From Candidatus Saccharibacteria bacterium 49-20 (lineage in GTDB: Bacteria > Patescibacteriota > Saccharimonadia > Saccharimonadales > Saccharimonadaceae): DNA of 64,000 nt. The first letter of the stretch is position 1. The number at the start of each line of letters is the position of its first letter. Shown here one piece after another: positions 1 through 10,437 of the stretch. Made by a program: the position numbers and the translations under genes. The notes beneath the pieces were generated by a model. It saw only the letters and a program-made list of their open reading frames with translations, did not search any database and was not told the origin of the DNA. The stretch lies in contig MKSN01000001.1 of the NCBI GenBank assembly GCA_001897295.1, positions 672,141 through 736,140 on the forward strand, written 5' to 3'.

Positions 1-160
1 CCGTCCTTGTGTCATTCGTCACAGCAATAAGCTGAAACCATGGGACGAGCGTCAGAAGCAACCCGACTACAGTTAATAAAAAGAGCGCGTATCCGTAGTA
101 CACGGTCACGCGCATCTGTGCATTATTCCTTTGAACCGATTTTGAAGCTTTTTTAGCCAT
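1..160 (-). CDS. Hypothetical membrane protein, 5' part only (runs off window)
   Basis: ATG at 160 after AGGAG SD; open frame MAKKASKSVQRNNAQMRVTVYYGYALFLLTVVGLLLTLVPWFQLIAV with a hydrophobic helix. Confidence 0.7.
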   Translation of the reverse strand, partial: MAKKASKSVQRNNAQMRVTVYYGYALFLLTVVGLLLTLVPWFQLIAVTNDTRT

Positions 161-177
161 GCCCACTCCTTTAAAAT

Positions 178-253
178 TGGTACCCCGGGCAGGAATCGAA
201 CCTACAACCTTATCCTTAGGACGGATCTGCTCTTCCAGTTGAGCTACCGAGGC
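178..253 (-). tRNA. tRNA-Arg (anticodon CCU), CCA encoded
   Basis: Reverse complement GCCTCGG TA GCTC AACTGGAA GAGC A GATCC GT CCT AA GGATA AGGTT GTAGG TTCGATT CCTGC CCGGGGT A CCA folds as a 76-nt cloverleaf. Confidence 0.95.
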
Positions 254-288
254 GTATACCCTATTTTAACAGATGAAAAACGATACAC

Positions 289-675
289 CTATTTACGAAT
301 TCGTTTCCATTCCGCGGATCCATATTGAACAATTCTTTTATACCGCAGCTGCGCGTTCAGCATATATACCGTAGTGGGCGCCACCACGACTGAAAGGATC
401 GCAAACATAGTCAACATCGCACCCACTATACCCTCTGTCTCCACTAGGACTTCAATATGAGTCGAGTGCAATAGTCCGCCCACGATAAGCGCACATACCG
501 CAGTAACTACTGAACCAACAACCGAATACAGCACCAGCTTCCACATAACGGGCTCGACAAATACATCTCGGGGTTCATTTACCTTTAGCTTAAACCGACG
601 AACAAGTGCGATGGGTAAAATCCACACGATAAGCGCGGCCACCGTCCCTAGAAAAATTCCGATATTCGCTTCCAT
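289..675 (-). CDS. Hypothetical membrane protein (about 3 TM helices)
   Basis: 128 aa with three hydrophobic stretches; TGGTATATT -10-like element 6 nt before ATG. Confidence 0.7.
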   Translation of the reverse strand: MEANIGIFLGTVAALIVWILPIALVRRFKLKVNEPRDVFVEPVMWKLVLYSVVGSVVTAVCALIVGGLLHSTHIEVLVETEGIVGAMLTMFAILSVVVAPTTVYMLNAQLRYKRIVQYGSAEWKRIRK

Positions 676-694
676 GCATCCAATATACCAAAGT

Positions 695-725
695 AAAAAG
701 AGGCCGCAAGTTTGCGACCTCTTTT
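695..725 (-). terminator. Intrinsic terminator after ndk
   Basis: aaaaagaggccgcaagtttgcgacctctttt hairpin with A/T tracts. Confidence 0.7.
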
Positions 726-742
726 CATACTATCGTGGCGTA

Positions 743-1246
743 TTAGCGAGTAAACTTCTCGTTCAAAGCCTGGTAGTCGTAAAGTTCATCATCCGAGAAC
801 CAGTGGCCGATTTCTTGCTCAGCTTCTTCTGGGTCACCAGAAGCGTGAATAAGGTTTGGAATACCCTTCTTGGCGCCGTCTGCAAAGCCAAAGCTCATGT
901 GAGAGAAGTCACCGCGGATAGTTCCAGGAAGTGCAGACTTCGGCTCGGTTGTACCGACAAGCTTGCGCACGAGTGCAACCGCCTCGACACCTTCAAACAC
1001 CATGGCAATCACTGGGCCTTGGAGCATAAGGTCGAGAGTAATATTAAAGGTTTCTTCGCCACGACGAGTCACCATCTTACCAATATCTTCGTAGTGCTTG
1101 TAGTAGTGATCGCGGTCTGGTGCGATCATCTTTGTAGCGACAATCTTAAGGCCTACACGCTCGAAACGAGTAAGGATTTCCCCTACAACGCCGCGCTGCA
1201 CTGCGTCCGGCTTAAATAGTACCAATGTCTTTTCAACATCTGCCAT
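743..1246 (-). CDS. ndk: Nucleoside diphosphate kinase
   Basis: EKTLVLFKPDAVQRG, PGTIRGDF and NLIHASG motifs. Confidence 0.97.
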   Translation of the reverse strand: MADVEKTLVLFKPDAVQRGVVGEILTRFERVGLKIVATKMIAPDRDHYYKHYEDIGKMVTRRGEETFNITLDLMLQGPVIAMVFEGVEAVALVRKLVGTTEPKSALPGTIRGDFSHMSFGFADGAKKGIPNLIHASGDPEEAEQEIGHWFSDDELYDYQALNEKFTR

Positions 1247-1279
1247 GAATTCTTCCCTTCGGAATTAACTGTATTACTT

Positions 1280-2071
1280 TTATTGTACCAAAAGAATGGT
1301 CGCGAGCACGAGTGCTAAGCCAATGCGGTACCATCCAAACACTGCCAATGAGTGCTTCGAGAGGAACTTCATCAAGAAGCCCACCGCAAGCAAGCCACTA
1401 GCGAAGGCAAAGAAGTTTGCCAATGCGAGCGTACCGAAGTGTGACATAAGGTAGTCGCTGTCGGTCAAAAGCACCTTAAGTGTCACGCCGGCCATAATCG
1501 GAAGCGACGCGAGGAAACTATACTCGGCAGCTTCAGCGGCACTAAGCCCCATAAAGCGACCGGCAATAATAGTCGAGCCGGATCGTGAGGTACCTGGAAT
1601 CAGCGCGAGTACCTGCGCGCCACCAATAATAAGCGCGCGCCACCATGGAAGCTTTTCGCCGTCTTTCATTGGTGAGAGCTTTGGAAGCTTCTCAAGTACC
1701 ACCATTACCACACCGACAATCGCCAGCGTAAACACCACTACCACCGCACTGGTAAAGAACGGGGTTTCTTCGATAAAACCAGCCAAAAGGAACCCAGCGA
1801 CACCTGCAGGAAGTGCAGTAATAAGGATGTTGCGCGCCAAACGATAATTACGGTTCTTGGTAATATCAACCAGAATCTTCCAGATTTTCTTACGGAAGAA
1901 TACGAGCAGCGCGAGCATCGTACCAATGTTAATAAACTCGAGGAATAAGTGGTCACCGCCACCGCCAAAAAGATACTGCGCAATCACAAGGTGTCCCGAA
2001 CTACTAATCGGAATGAACTCGGTAAGTCCCTGAATGAGGCCTAGGATAATTGCTTCTAACCACGCTGGCAT
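1280..2071 (-). CDS. uppP: Undecaprenyl-diphosphate phosphatase
   Basis: GLIQGLTEFIPISSSGHL and PGTSRSGSTI motifs; start placed at MPAWL, 7 nt after TAGAAT. Confidence 0.96.
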   Translation of the reverse strand: MPAWLEAIILGLIQGLTEFIPISSSGHLVIAQYLFGGGGDHLFLEFINIGTMLALLVFFRKKIWKILVDITKNRNYRLARNILITALPAGVAGFLLAGFIEETPFFTSAVVVVFTLAIVGVVMVVLEKLPKLSPMKDGEKLPWWRALIIGGAQVLALIPGTSRSGSTIIAGRFMGLSAAEAAEYSFLASLPIMAGVTLKVLLTDSDYLMSHFGTLALANFFAFASGLLAVGFLMKFLSKHSLAVFGWYRIGLALVLATILLVQ

Positions 2072-2117
2072 TGTACCCATTCTACCCTGTTTGACGGTTT
2101 TAGGCTATGCTAATAGC

Positions 2118-3050
2118 ATGAGCAGTTACGAACAAAAGTATGTCTCCGACTACATTCTCGACTTTATCGAACACCTTGAGGTTGAGGGTGGACGCATGCC
2201 GCGCACTGCTGAAAACTATGAATTTTATCTAAATCGCTTTGTCGAGTTTGCAGGTGACATCACACCCGACCAAATTACCGCCGAACTTCTTCGTAAGTAC
2301 CGCCTATGGCTCAACCGCTACAAGAGCCTCGACGGCAACGAACTTGCCATGATTACGCAGTCCTACCACCTAATCGCCCTTAGGGGCTTTCTGAAGTACT
2401 TCTCACGACGCGATATCCCCTCGATGGCACCCGATAAAATCGAACTTCCTAAAACGCACCGCAAACAGGTCACCTTCCTTCACTACGACGAAGTCGTACG
2501 CCTCCTTGAACAAGTCGATACCAACGAAGAAAGCGGCCTGCGCGACCGCGCCATCCTCGAACTCCTCTTCTCAAGCGGTCTGCGTGTCTCTGAACTTGTG
2601 AATTTAAACCGCGACCACATTAACACCAAGCGTCGAGAATTTATGGTACGCGGTAAGGGTCAAAAAGACCGCCCAGTCTACATTAGCGAATCTGCCGCCG
2701 ATTGGGTTGAACAGTATTTGGCCATCCGCCAAGATACCCTCGCCCCCCTCTTCATTAGTTACAGTAAAAACGTCGAAGCCAACACCAGCGGAGATTACCG
2801 CCGCCTCACCGCCCGCAGTATTCAGCGCATGGTCAGTAAGTATGCCCGCCTCGCAGGCATCACAAAGCACGTCAGCCCGCACACTATGCGTCACAGCTTC
2901 GCAACAGACCTTCTGATGAATGGCGCTGATCTACGCAGCGTCCAAAGCATGCTTGGCCATAGCAACATCGCAACCACCCAAATCTACACCCACGTCACCG
3001 ATGCGCATCTGAAAGATGTGTATGAGAAGTTCCACAGCGAATCTCGCTAG
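2118..3050 (+). CDS. XerC/XerD-family tyrosine recombinase
   Basis: GLRVSEL, VRGKGQKDR, SPHTMRHSFAT, LGHSNIATTQIYTH catalytic motifs. Confidence 0.92.
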   Translation: MSSYEQKYVSDYILDFIEHLEVEGGRMPRTAENYEFYLNRFVEFAGDITPDQITAELLRKYRLWLNRYKSLDGNELAMITQSYHLIALRGFLKYFSRRDIPSMAPDKIELPKTHRKQVTFLHYDEVVRLLEQVDTNEESGLRDRAILELLFSSGLRVSELVNLNRDHINTKRREFMVRGKGQKDRPVYISESAADWVEQYLAIRQDTLAPLFISYSKNVEANTSGDYRRLTARSIQRMVSKYARLAGITKHVSPHTMRHSFATDLLMNGADLRSVQSMLGHSNIATTQIYTHVTDAHLKDVYEKFHSESR

Positions 3051-3166
3051 CCCAAAATACTTCTAGTGTTTCTGAGCGACATCTGCAACCCAAGTTGAGC
3101 CGGGCGCAGAGGCCCCGGCAAAACGTGGCGTGAAGCCGTCCGAAGAAACTCTAGAAGTGTTTTGGG
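3051..3166. repeat. Intergenic element bounded by a 23-bp inverted repeat, with internal hairpins
   Basis: 3051-3073 cccaaaatacttctagtgtttct and 3144-3166 agaaactctagaagtgttttggg are 21/23 complementary. Confidence 0.75.
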
Positions 3167-3172
3167 TTACAG

Positions 3173-4429
3173 TTACGGTGTGCAAGAACCAGCAATATAC
3201 GCATCATTCGTCACGCCAAAGTCTTTACAGAAGTTGCCAGTGACATCGATACTTGCATCTGGATACGGGAAGCTGGTGTCGTAAAGGTCAACGCGGCTTA
3301 AGATGCGCCTGAACACATCGTTTGCGCGTCCTGTTGAGTCGATTTCTGGCTGCACGTCCTTGAAACGAATGACATTTGAGCCAGAGGCGTCTGGGGCGCC
3401 GCCGGTGCTCAGTGCAATCTCGTAGTGCGTGGCGTTATAGAACGGCGTCAGGCGTAGGAATGCGGTGCGATCTCCCCCACCAATAGGTGTTGGCAAACGA
3501 AGTGACATCGCACAGGCATAGCCACCGCTACTCACGTTCGCGCGGCACTGCACGCCAACCGGTGATGAGTTTGGTGAGTCTGGATCTGGATCGTCGGCTG
3601 CATTATTTTTACGAATATCCTGGCCTACAAATGGAGTCGTATTTGGAATATAGCCGATTGCAGCGTTACCACTTGAAGTGCCCGAGTATGGGTATAAGAA
3701 CAGTGTATTCGAGTTACTTTGGCTGCTTCCATTGACGATATCAAAGTCGCCTAGTGTGAAGTTTGTACCAAACTGAATGAGCTGCGCGCGCATCACCGAA
3801 GGGCGCCCCGCAGGCCATGAACTCTGCTGCAAGAGTGGTCGTGGTGAAGAAAGCGGGTTAAGGCTCACCGCACCCGTGACGTTACTCACGTCATCGCGGT
3901 CGTACCAATATACCGTCACCGTGTCGTAGCCAGATACGCCTACAAGTGGGATCATCTGACCCTGGTTTGGCGAAGCATTTCCTACATAGCGTTCCGTTTC
4001 AAGCTTCATCGTCAAACAGGTATAGGCCTGGTTGAGGTCGACATCGTTCGAACTTGATGATTGCTGCACCTTAATTTCACCCGGTGTCGATGGTGAGCCG
4101 CCCGTCACGGCTGAATTAGGCACTACCCCACCAACCAGCACGCCGGCGTTACAGACGTCGGTTGAAAGTTGGCTGCTAAGCGCCGCACAGTCGGTTGGTG
4201 AATTTGAACACACTTGCTGGTAACGAAGCAAGGCGCGCTTAGCGTCTTCAACACCTGCCATCGCTGAGTCATAGGCGCTTTGCGACAAGTCATTGTCACT
4301 TGATTGCTGTTGGTCAGACATCATGAGGCGCAGGAAGCTCACGGTAATCACCGTGATAATAAGCATCGCGAAAATAACGACAAATAGTGAAACTGCACCT
4401 GCTTGTTTGTTCCTGCTCATGGTTTTCAT
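3173..4429 (-). CDS. PilX-like minor pilin / pilus assembly protein
   Basis: Basic leader, G|AVSLFVVIFAML helix without E5, then SQSAYDSAMAGVEDA PilX N-terminal signature; last gene of minor pilin operon. Confidence 0.75.
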   Translation of the reverse strand: MKTMSRNKQAGAVSLFVVIFAMLIITVITVSFLRLMMSDQQQSSDNDLSQSAYDSAMAGVEDAKRALLRYQQVCSNSPTDCAALSSQLSTDVCNAGVLVGGVVPNSAVTGGSPSTPGEIKVQQSSSSNDVDLNQAYTCLTMKLETERYVGNASPNQGQMIPLVGVSGYDTVTVYWYDRDDVSNVTGAVSLNPLSSPRPLLQQSSWPAGRPSVMRAQLIQFGTNFTLGDFDIVNGSSQSNSNTLFLYPYSGTSSGNAAIGYIPNTTPFVGQDIRKNNAADDPDPDSPNSSPVGVQCRANVSSGGYACAMSLRLPTPIGGGDRTAFLRLTPFYNATHYEIALSTGGAPDASGSNVIRFKDVQPEIDSTGRANDVFRRILSRVDLYDTSFPYPDASIDVTGNFCKDFGVTNDAYIAGSCTP

Positions 4430-5163
4430 TAAACCCTATTCCCCGCCCTAATGACAAGGCTAAATTGTTTTACATTACAGTATCCAGTATCGGCACCAGC
4501 CTGCCCTGCGTTCAAACACGAAAGTTGGTCGGTTGCCATTGTCGCGTTCTCCCCAGACCCAAGCACGTACTCAAAGGTATAGAGTCGCTCGTTCGTCGTG
4601 CTGTCATAGGCAGAACTCGTCGTACTTAAAGTAATCTTATTGATATTCATTTTGTAATCACCCGCCGAAACGAGTTCCTGCGTCTGCGCCACGTCCGCCG
4701 AGCGCACGTTCTTGTAGGTCAGAGCCCCGAGAGCATTTACTGAACAATATAATTTTGCCGCGTCAGGCACCTTCACCAGGTGCACTTCTCGAGTGTGAGA
4801 GGTATTTGTTTCCGTGCCGTACCAGACAAGGTTTGAGTCTGTCGGGTTGCCGGTTGCAGGTGTTTGGAGTGCTTTGCCGTTATTCCAGATATAGGTGTAG
4901 TTGCCAAGGCAGATGCGCCCACCCGCGCTCGTGGTGCGGTAATCAGTCGCCAGCGTAATCGCCTCTACTGAAGAAAGTGACTTACGGAAATCAGCCGAGA
5001 TATCACGCGATACTTGATTCACCTCTTTGAGCGAGAGGCCCTTGCGATAAATCGTACCGATTTGAATCACCGTCATCGCGATCCCAAGCAGCAGCACCGC
5101 GATAAAGCTCATCGCGAGCATGAGTTCAATAATGGTAAATCCCTTTTTAGCCGCGTGGTTCAT
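4429..5163 (-). CDS. PilW-like minor pilin (prepilin N-terminal motif)
   Basis: [13 protein letters not shown] type III signal; overlaps both neighbours. Confidence 0.85.
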   Translation of the reverse strand: MNHAAKKGFTIIELMLAMSFIAVLLLGIAMTVIQIGTIYRKGLSLKEVNQVSRDISADFRKSLSSVEAITLATDYRTTSAGGRICLGNYTYIWNNGKALQTPATGNPTDSNLVWYGTETNTSHTREVHLVKVPDAAKLYCSVNALGALTYKNVRSADVAQTQELVSAGDYKMNINKITLSTTSSAYDSTTNERLYTFEYVLGSGENATMATDQLSCLNAGQAGADTGYCNVKQFSLVIRAGNRV

Positions 5164-5779
5164 AAAGCCTCACAATTGTTCCTATATTCATTGGTGTCTT
5201 CAACCCCGGACCGTCCCAGCAGGCGCGAATATGGAAATCGGTGTAGCCCGTATTCTGCTGGTTCACATCAGCGCTTGAACCCGAGCGAATTGGCTCTACC
5301 CAAATACCCTGACTCTGCGTAAGGTTTGATCCAGTATAGACGAGCTTCGCGTAGACATCTGGGTATTTGTACGTCGCTGTCGTACTGAGTGTTGCAGTCT
5401 TTGGGTTGACGATAATACTTCCTGTCGGTCGAGTACCACAAGGTTGCGTACCAAACTTAGTCGCCGCACGAATGCCATTGTCGTAGTTGTCTTGTGCCTG
5501 CGCCACTACTTTAGCGTACTCGGCCGCAGGACCAGTTGCTGAAGCAAGGTTAATGCCCGCATAGTAGGCTTGAACATACGAGTCGTGCATAAAGCGAAGC
5601 GCTTCGGCCTGGCTGTCGATCTCTTGGCGTACCTGGGTGAGCTCAAGTGAGCGCTGCGATGCCGCCGTACCTTGATTCATAAGTGAAATGGCCGACACGA
5701 CAATCAGGCTAAAGACGGTTACTGCAAAGAGCACCTCGATGATAGTATCGCCCCTTTGGCGCCTACGAATCCCTAACAT
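5147..5779 (-). CDS. PilV-like minor pilin
   Basis: [15 protein letters not shown] prepilin motif with E5. Confidence 0.8.
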   Translation of the reverse strand: MLGIRRRQRGDTIIEVLFAVTVFSLIVVSAISLMNQGTAASQRSLELTQVRQEIDSQAEALRFMHDSYVQAYYAGINLASATGPAAEYAKVVAQAQDNYDNGIRAATKFGTQPCGTRPTGSIIVNPKTATLSTTATYKYPDVYAKLVYTGSNLTQSQGIWVEPIRSGSSADVNQQNTGYTDFHIRACWDGPGLKTPMNIGTIVRLYEPRG

Positions 5780-6579
5780 TGTGACGGTGTCCCCGCAAGG
5801 TCATTCGTACGCACCTCGATCGCGCTGGCTGAAGTTGCAAACGATGAAATATAAATACCACTATCCCCACCTACCGTAAGGCCACCAGAAGACACGCAGA
5901 GCGTTCGAGCAGCCTGTCCCGGCTTAGTGTTTCCCGCAACAAGCAGGTTCGTGAAGGTAGACTGATTAATTGCGTTCTTCGCCGGTACAGAGTCGCTTGT
6001 AAAGGTATACATCATGCCTGAATCTGGTGAGCGAATAAACAAAATGCCAATCCTACGTGGTGATGATGCGCCGGTGACAGCGACATCTTGCTGCTTGGTT
6101 GGGTCGGAGTTGGCCTTCGCCCACGCGATAGACGTACCCCACTCGAGCTGACGCTCGTCAACTTGCGTGTTTGAAGCGCTCAGTGCGTAGTTGCTGCGAA
6201 GTTTATTGACATCACTTCCCGTTGAGCCCGTCCCTCGGTCTACTGCAAGTACGCTATAGATTGAAATGTCCTGGCCTTCGATGCGCATGTACTTACCTAC
6301 GAGGAAACAGTCGCTCTGTCCCCTAAACTCGTTGCCGCCAGAAACAGAATTCGCGTTATTGTCACACGACCAAGAATTGTCGCGTCCATTCTGGACGTTC
6401 GAGAGCTCTGAGTACTGTGCCTGAAGGAGTGACTTGAAGCTCTCGGTCGAATCACGATACCGCTGCACGTTAAGTGAGGCCCCTGCGCCCGCAATCATGC
6501 CAATAATCAAGAAGCCCGTTACCGCGAGGAAGAGCATTGTCTCGATAATCGTAAACCCTTTAGATGCCCGGATGCCCAT
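5773..6579 (-). CDS. FimT/FimU-like minor pilin
   Basis: [14 protein letters not shown] prepilin motif; first of four coupled pilin genes; TGCTATAAT upstream. Confidence 0.8.
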   Translation of the reverse strand: MGIRASKGFTIIETMLFLAVTGFLIIGMIAGAGASLNVQRYRDSTESFKSLLQAQYSELSNVQNGRDNSWSCDNNANSVSGGNEFRGQSDCFLVGKYMRIEGQDISIYSVLAVDRGTGSTGSDVNKLRSNYALSASNTQVDERQLEWGTSIAWAKANSDPTKQQDVAVTGASSPRRIGILFIRSPDSGMMYTFTSDSVPAKNAINQSTFTNLLVAGNTKPGQAARTLCVSSGGLTVGGDSGIYISSFATSASAIEVRTNDLAGTPSQC

Positions 6580-6610
6580 ATCTGGGCTAATTATAGCATA
6601 AGCAGTTCTA

Positions 6611-7492
6611 TTAAATACCTAGTGTTGCAAGATACCAATCAAGAATGTGCCACCCGATAAACCATGCCAAAATCGTACCCGAAATTAACATCGGTCCGAA
6701 CGGGATATGCGAAGTACGCTCCACCTTCTTCATCGCAAGCAGCGGAATCACAATAAGGCAGCCGATGAAGTTCGCAAGGAACAGCGCCACGCCCGCGAGC
6801 TGCCAGTCAACCAAGATCAGCCCCAGGCCCACGCCAAGCTTTACATCACCAAACCCAACCCAGCGGCCCTGAGAAATCGCATAGAGCACTGCATAGAGCC
6901 CCGAGAGAAGCCCTACTGCGCCAATTGCAGTCAGGATTGTACCACCAATATCCTGCGTCTCAGCCGCCGAAACACCCACAATACCAAGCCCTACTACGGC
7001 GAGCGCAATCACAAAGCTGTCAGGGAGCAAGAACCACTTCAGGTCATAGGCAAACAATACCGCCATAATGACGCCTGCGGCGAGCCACAATACGAAATGC
7101 GCAATCTCGAGGCCAGTGGTGACCCCACCTGGCCAGAACGCGTACGACAGCACGAAAAACGCAATCGTTCCGAGCTCCATAAGTAATTCAAACTTACCGA
7201 TTGGGTGTTTACACTTACGGCAACGGCCCCTAAGCGATAGCCAGCTGATGACTGGGATCAGATCATACCACTTGAGCTCGTAACCACACTCCAAGCAACG
7301 CGAGCGATCCTGCATAGTCTTTTTTCCAAGTAGCTTTTTCAGGCGCGAGTATTCCTTGTGATCATACGGCTCTTTCGCCGCCTTATCGGCCTGCAGCTGC
7401 CTTGCTCGAAGCCGCCATACCGTTGCACCCGCAAAACTACCGAAACATGCGCCAACGAGCACCAGCGCCAAGTACACAACAAATTCATTCAT
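6611..7492 (-). CDS. pilD: Prepilin peptidase (A24)
   Basis: [22 protein letters not shown] and GFGDVKL motifs, IPFGP; start at MNEFVV after TGCTATGAT. Confidence 0.95.
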   Translation of the reverse strand: MNEFVVYLALVLVGACFGSFAGATVWRLRARQLQADKAAKEPYDHKEYSRLKKLLGKKTMQDRSRCLECGYELKWYDLIPVISWLSLRGRCRKCKHPIGKFELLMELGTIAFFVLSYAFWPGGVTTGLEIAHFVLWLAAGVIMAVLFAYDLKWFLLPDSFVIALAVVGLGIVGVSAAETQDIGGTILTAIGAVGLLSGLYAVLYAISQGRWVGFGDVKLGVGLGLILVDWQLAGVALFLANFIGCLIVIPLLAMKKVERTSHIPFGPMLISGTILAWFIGWHILDWYLATLGI

Positions 7493-7525
7493 AAGCACCA
7501 TCATAGCACGGCCGCGCCCCCTACT

Positions 7526-7556
7526 AAAAGAAAGAGCCCCGTTGGAGCTCTTTCTT
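7526..7556 (-). terminator. Intrinsic terminator after major pilin
   Basis: aaaagaaagagccccgttggagctctttctt hairpin. Confidence 0.7.
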
Positions 7557-7574
7557 CATAAGGAAACTTAGTTC

Positions 7575-8060
7575 CTAGGTGTCGAGACAGTAACCAGACT
7601 TGTTACCACCTTCAAGTTGTGTCACGGTTGCGAATTGACGAGATGTACCCGCAGTAATTGTTACAGAACCGTTCACTCCATTAGAGCCACACTTCATACC
7701 CTTGTAGACACGGATGGTGCCGTCAGGAATCGTGTAAGTACCTGCAGTTGCCGGGTTTACCACGGTCACAGTGTTGATGTTGTTTGACAGCTTAGCGAAG
7801 GTCTTATTGGTACCAGTACCAGTTGCTTCGAGTTGGTTGTCCATGTTCGCGGTAGTTGGGAACGTACCACGGTTGTTATTGGCGTATGTTGTTACTGCTG
7901 AAGCCACAGAACCTACGTCACTCTTACGAGCCGTGTCGCGTTGGCCACTCTGAAGCGCTGGGAGTGCCACGAAGACCATCAAGAAGATTAGACCCGCGAT
8001 AGCAAGCACCAAGACAACCTCGATGATTGTGAATCCTTTATTTTGTTTTACGAAGTTCAT
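7575..8060 (-). CDS. pilA: Probable major type IV pilin
   Basis: KG|FTIIEVVLVLAIAGLI, C-terminal Cys pair, SD (GAAAGG) and its own terminator. Confidence 0.8.
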   Translation of the reverse strand: MNFVKQNKGFTIIEVVLVLAIAGLIFLMVFVALPALQSGQRDTARKSDVGSVASAVTTYANNNRGTFPTTANMDNQLEATGTGTNKTFAKLSNNINTVTVVNPATAGTYTIPDGTIRVYKGMKCGSNGVNGSVTITAGTSRQFATVTQLEGGNKSGYCLDT

Positions 8061-8141
8061 TTGGGTTAGCCCACCTTTCATATGAACATTAATTCGGTTA
8101 AGCTTATACTAAACCACTTTTTTTACGTTGTCTAGCTCTTT

Positions 8142-9353
8142 TTAGACGCTAATACCGTTCACCAAGCTATAGATTGGGAATAGAATTGCGCCCACCATTC
8201 CTCCCGCGACAACCGCGAGGACAACCATGAGAATTGGCTCAATAGCCGTTGAAATGGTGCGAATTTGTTCGTCGAGCTCGTCTTCGTATACTTGGGCAAC
8301 CTTACCCATCATTTCGTCGATCTTACCCGACTGTTCACCAATACGAATCATCTGCGATACAAGTGGTTCAATAAGCTCTTCTGGTTCAAGTGCAGTCGAA
8401 AGCGCCTTACCGCCCTGCACCTTATCTGCAGCGCGTACAATCGCCGCTTCAAGCAAGGTGTTGTTAATAGCGTGGCTCGTGACCTTGAGGGTGTCGAGCA
8501 TGCTCACACCCGTACTAAGAAGGGTCTGTGCAGTACGCGCAAAGCGCGCCATGTAGAGCTTCGAGAACATCTTACCGAATAACGGCACTTTAAGCTTAAA
8601 GGTGTCCTTAAACTTAATACCATTCTCGGTCTTCATGAACTGCACGAGGAAGAAAATACCAATACCGAGGACGATTGCCACGAGCCACCAGAAGCCTGCC
8701 AAGAAGTTCGCCATCTTCACCATGATGTCAGTCAGGACTGGAAGTGGCTTTCCAAGGTCGTCATACAGCTTTTCCACCTGTGGAACAACCGTGAACAACA
8801 TGAAGGCCATCACACCACCAATCACAAAGAGGACAATCATTGGGTACATCATGGCACCACGAATACGGCCCGCAACGGCAGCGTCTTTTTCTTGCTGGTT
8901 TGCAATGCGCTGGAGCGATTCATCGAGCGTACCCGACAACTCACCTGCTGCAATAAGCGAAAGGAAGACTTCGTTAAACACCTTTGGGTGCTTTGCGAAT
9001 GAGTCAGAAAGCGAGCGACCACCCTCAACCGAGACAGAGATATCTTCGACAACCGCCTGAAGCTGCTTGTTTTGCGTTTGATCCTTCACGGTATGAAGGC
9101 TCTGGCTAAGCGGCAACCCTGCGCCAATCAAGGTTGCAAGCTGACGCGTAAAGACAACCTTATCTTTCGTACCAATACGGCCATTGATGCGGCTCATGAA
9201 GCTTCCGTCACCAATTTGCTCTTTGACGTTCAGTGGCACGAAGCCCTGCTTAATCAGCAGGCGTGCAGCAGCGGTTTCAGAGTCGGCCTGAATAGTCGAC
9301 TTTACAACCTTATTGGTCGCCTGATCCCTTGCTTCATAGGTAAATTTTTTCAC
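8142..9353 (-). CDS. pilC: Type IV pilus platform protein (T2SSF family)
   Basis: FTRQLATLIGAGLPL, GELSGTLD, AMMYP, GEQSGKID, IEPI. Confidence 0.95.
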   Translation of the reverse strand: MKKFTYEARDQATNKVVKSTIQADSETAAARLLIKQGFVPLNVKEQIGDGSFMSRINGRIGTKDKVVFTRQLATLIGAGLPLSQSLHTVKDQTQNKQLQAVVEDISVSVEGGRSLSDSFAKHPKVFNEVFLSLIAAGELSGTLDESLQRIANQQEKDAAVAGRIRGAMMYPMIVLFVIGGVMAFMLFTVVPQVEKLYDDLGKPLPVLTDIMVKMANFLAGFWWLVAIVLGIGIFFLVQFMKTENGIKFKDTFKLKVPLFGKMFSKLYMARFARTAQTLLSTGVSMLDTLKVTSHAINNTLLEAAIVRAADKVQGGKALSTALEPEELIEPLVSQMIRIGEQSGKIDEMMGKVAQVYEDELDEQIRTISTAIEPILMVVLAVVAGGMVGAILFPIYSLVNGISV

Positions 9354-9356
9354 CTG

Positions 9357-10424
9357 TTATCCCCTCATAAGCCTTTCGAATTCAACAAGGTCAACGGCAA
9401 ACTCACGCGCATTGTCGTAGGTTACCGTACCAGCCTGCACGAGGCTTGCGAGTGTACGGTCCATGGTCTGCATCCCCTGCTCTGCCCCGGTTTGAATAAT
9501 CGCGTCGAGCTGGTGGCTCTTACCCTCACGAATAATATTGCGGACTGCTGGGTTGGCGATAAGAATTTCCGCCGCTACCACGCGACCGCCGCCAATTGCA
9601 GGGACGAGACGCTGCGAACAAATCGCCATCAAGATGTTTGAAAGCTGCGCACGAATCTGTGGCTGCTGGTGAGGAGGGAACACGTCAATCATACGGTCAA
9701 TCGACTGCGCCGCAGAGTTAGTGTGCAGTGTTGCGAACACAAGGTGTCCGGTTTCTGCAATCGTAATCGCCGCAGAGATAGTTTCGAGGTCACGCATCTC
9801 ACCAATCAACACGACGTCTGGGTCTTGGCGAAGGCTCGAACGAAGCGCCGCGCTAAATGAGTAGGTGTCGTAGTGCACTTCGCGCTGCACAATGACCGAC
9901 TTCTTTGACTTGTGGGTAAACTCAATTGGGTCTTCGATGGTAATAATGTGGGCCGACTTTTCAGTGTTGATCTTGTCGACAAGTGCCGCAAGTGTGGTCG
10001 ACTTACCTGAACCGGTTGGACCAGTCACAAGCACGAGACCGCGTGGATATTCAGCAAATCCCATTACTACAGATGGCATACCGAGCTCGGTCACCGACTT
10101 AATTTCGTTAGGAATGAGACGAAGCGCAGCCGCAAGATTACCGCGTTCGTGGAAGGCGTTTACACGGAAGCGTCCGAGTGTACCAAAGGCGAATGAAAAG
10201 TCGAATTCTTTGTCCTTTAGAAGGATCTGACGCTGGTCTTGGTCGAGAATAGCGAACACGAGTGTTTCAACACCCGCTTCATCCAAAGGGTTAAAGCCCG
10301 CAACTGGTACAAGCTGTCCGTCAATACGGAGCATTGGTGGCAAGCCCACCTGAAGGTGAAGGTCGGACGCGCGCCGCTTCACCACTTCTTCTAGCAATAC
10401 TTCGATTCGTAAGTTTTGATTCAT
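9357..10424 (-). CDS. pilT: Pilus retraction ATPase
   Basis: ASDLHL, GPTGSGKST, EDPIE, LRQDPDV, AETGHLVFATLHT, AVRNIIRE. Confidence 0.97.
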   Translation of the reverse strand: MNQNLRIEVLLEEVVKRRASDLHLQVGLPPMLRIDGQLVPVAGFNPLDEAGVETLVFAILDQDQRQILLKDKEFDFSFAFGTLGRFRVNAFHERGNLAAALRLIPNEIKSVTELGMPSVVMGFAEYPRGLVLVTGPTGSGKSTTLAALVDKINTEKSAHIITIEDPIEFTHKSKKSVIVQREVHYDTYSFSAALRSSLRQDPDVVLIGEMRDLETISAAITIAETGHLVFATLHTNSAAQSIDRMIDVFPPHQQPQIRAQLSNILMAICSQRLVPAIGGGRVVAAEILIANPAVRNIIREGKSHQLDAIIQTGAEQGMQTMDRTLASLVQAGTVTYDNAREFAVDLVEFERLMRG

Positions 10425-10437
10425 ATTGTGCCCACTC

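Noticed and set aside
178..3050. Tyrosine recombinase near a tRNA as a phage or island integrase
   Set aside because: Xer-like size and motifs, separated from the tRNA by ndk and uppP; no att repeat or phage genes seen
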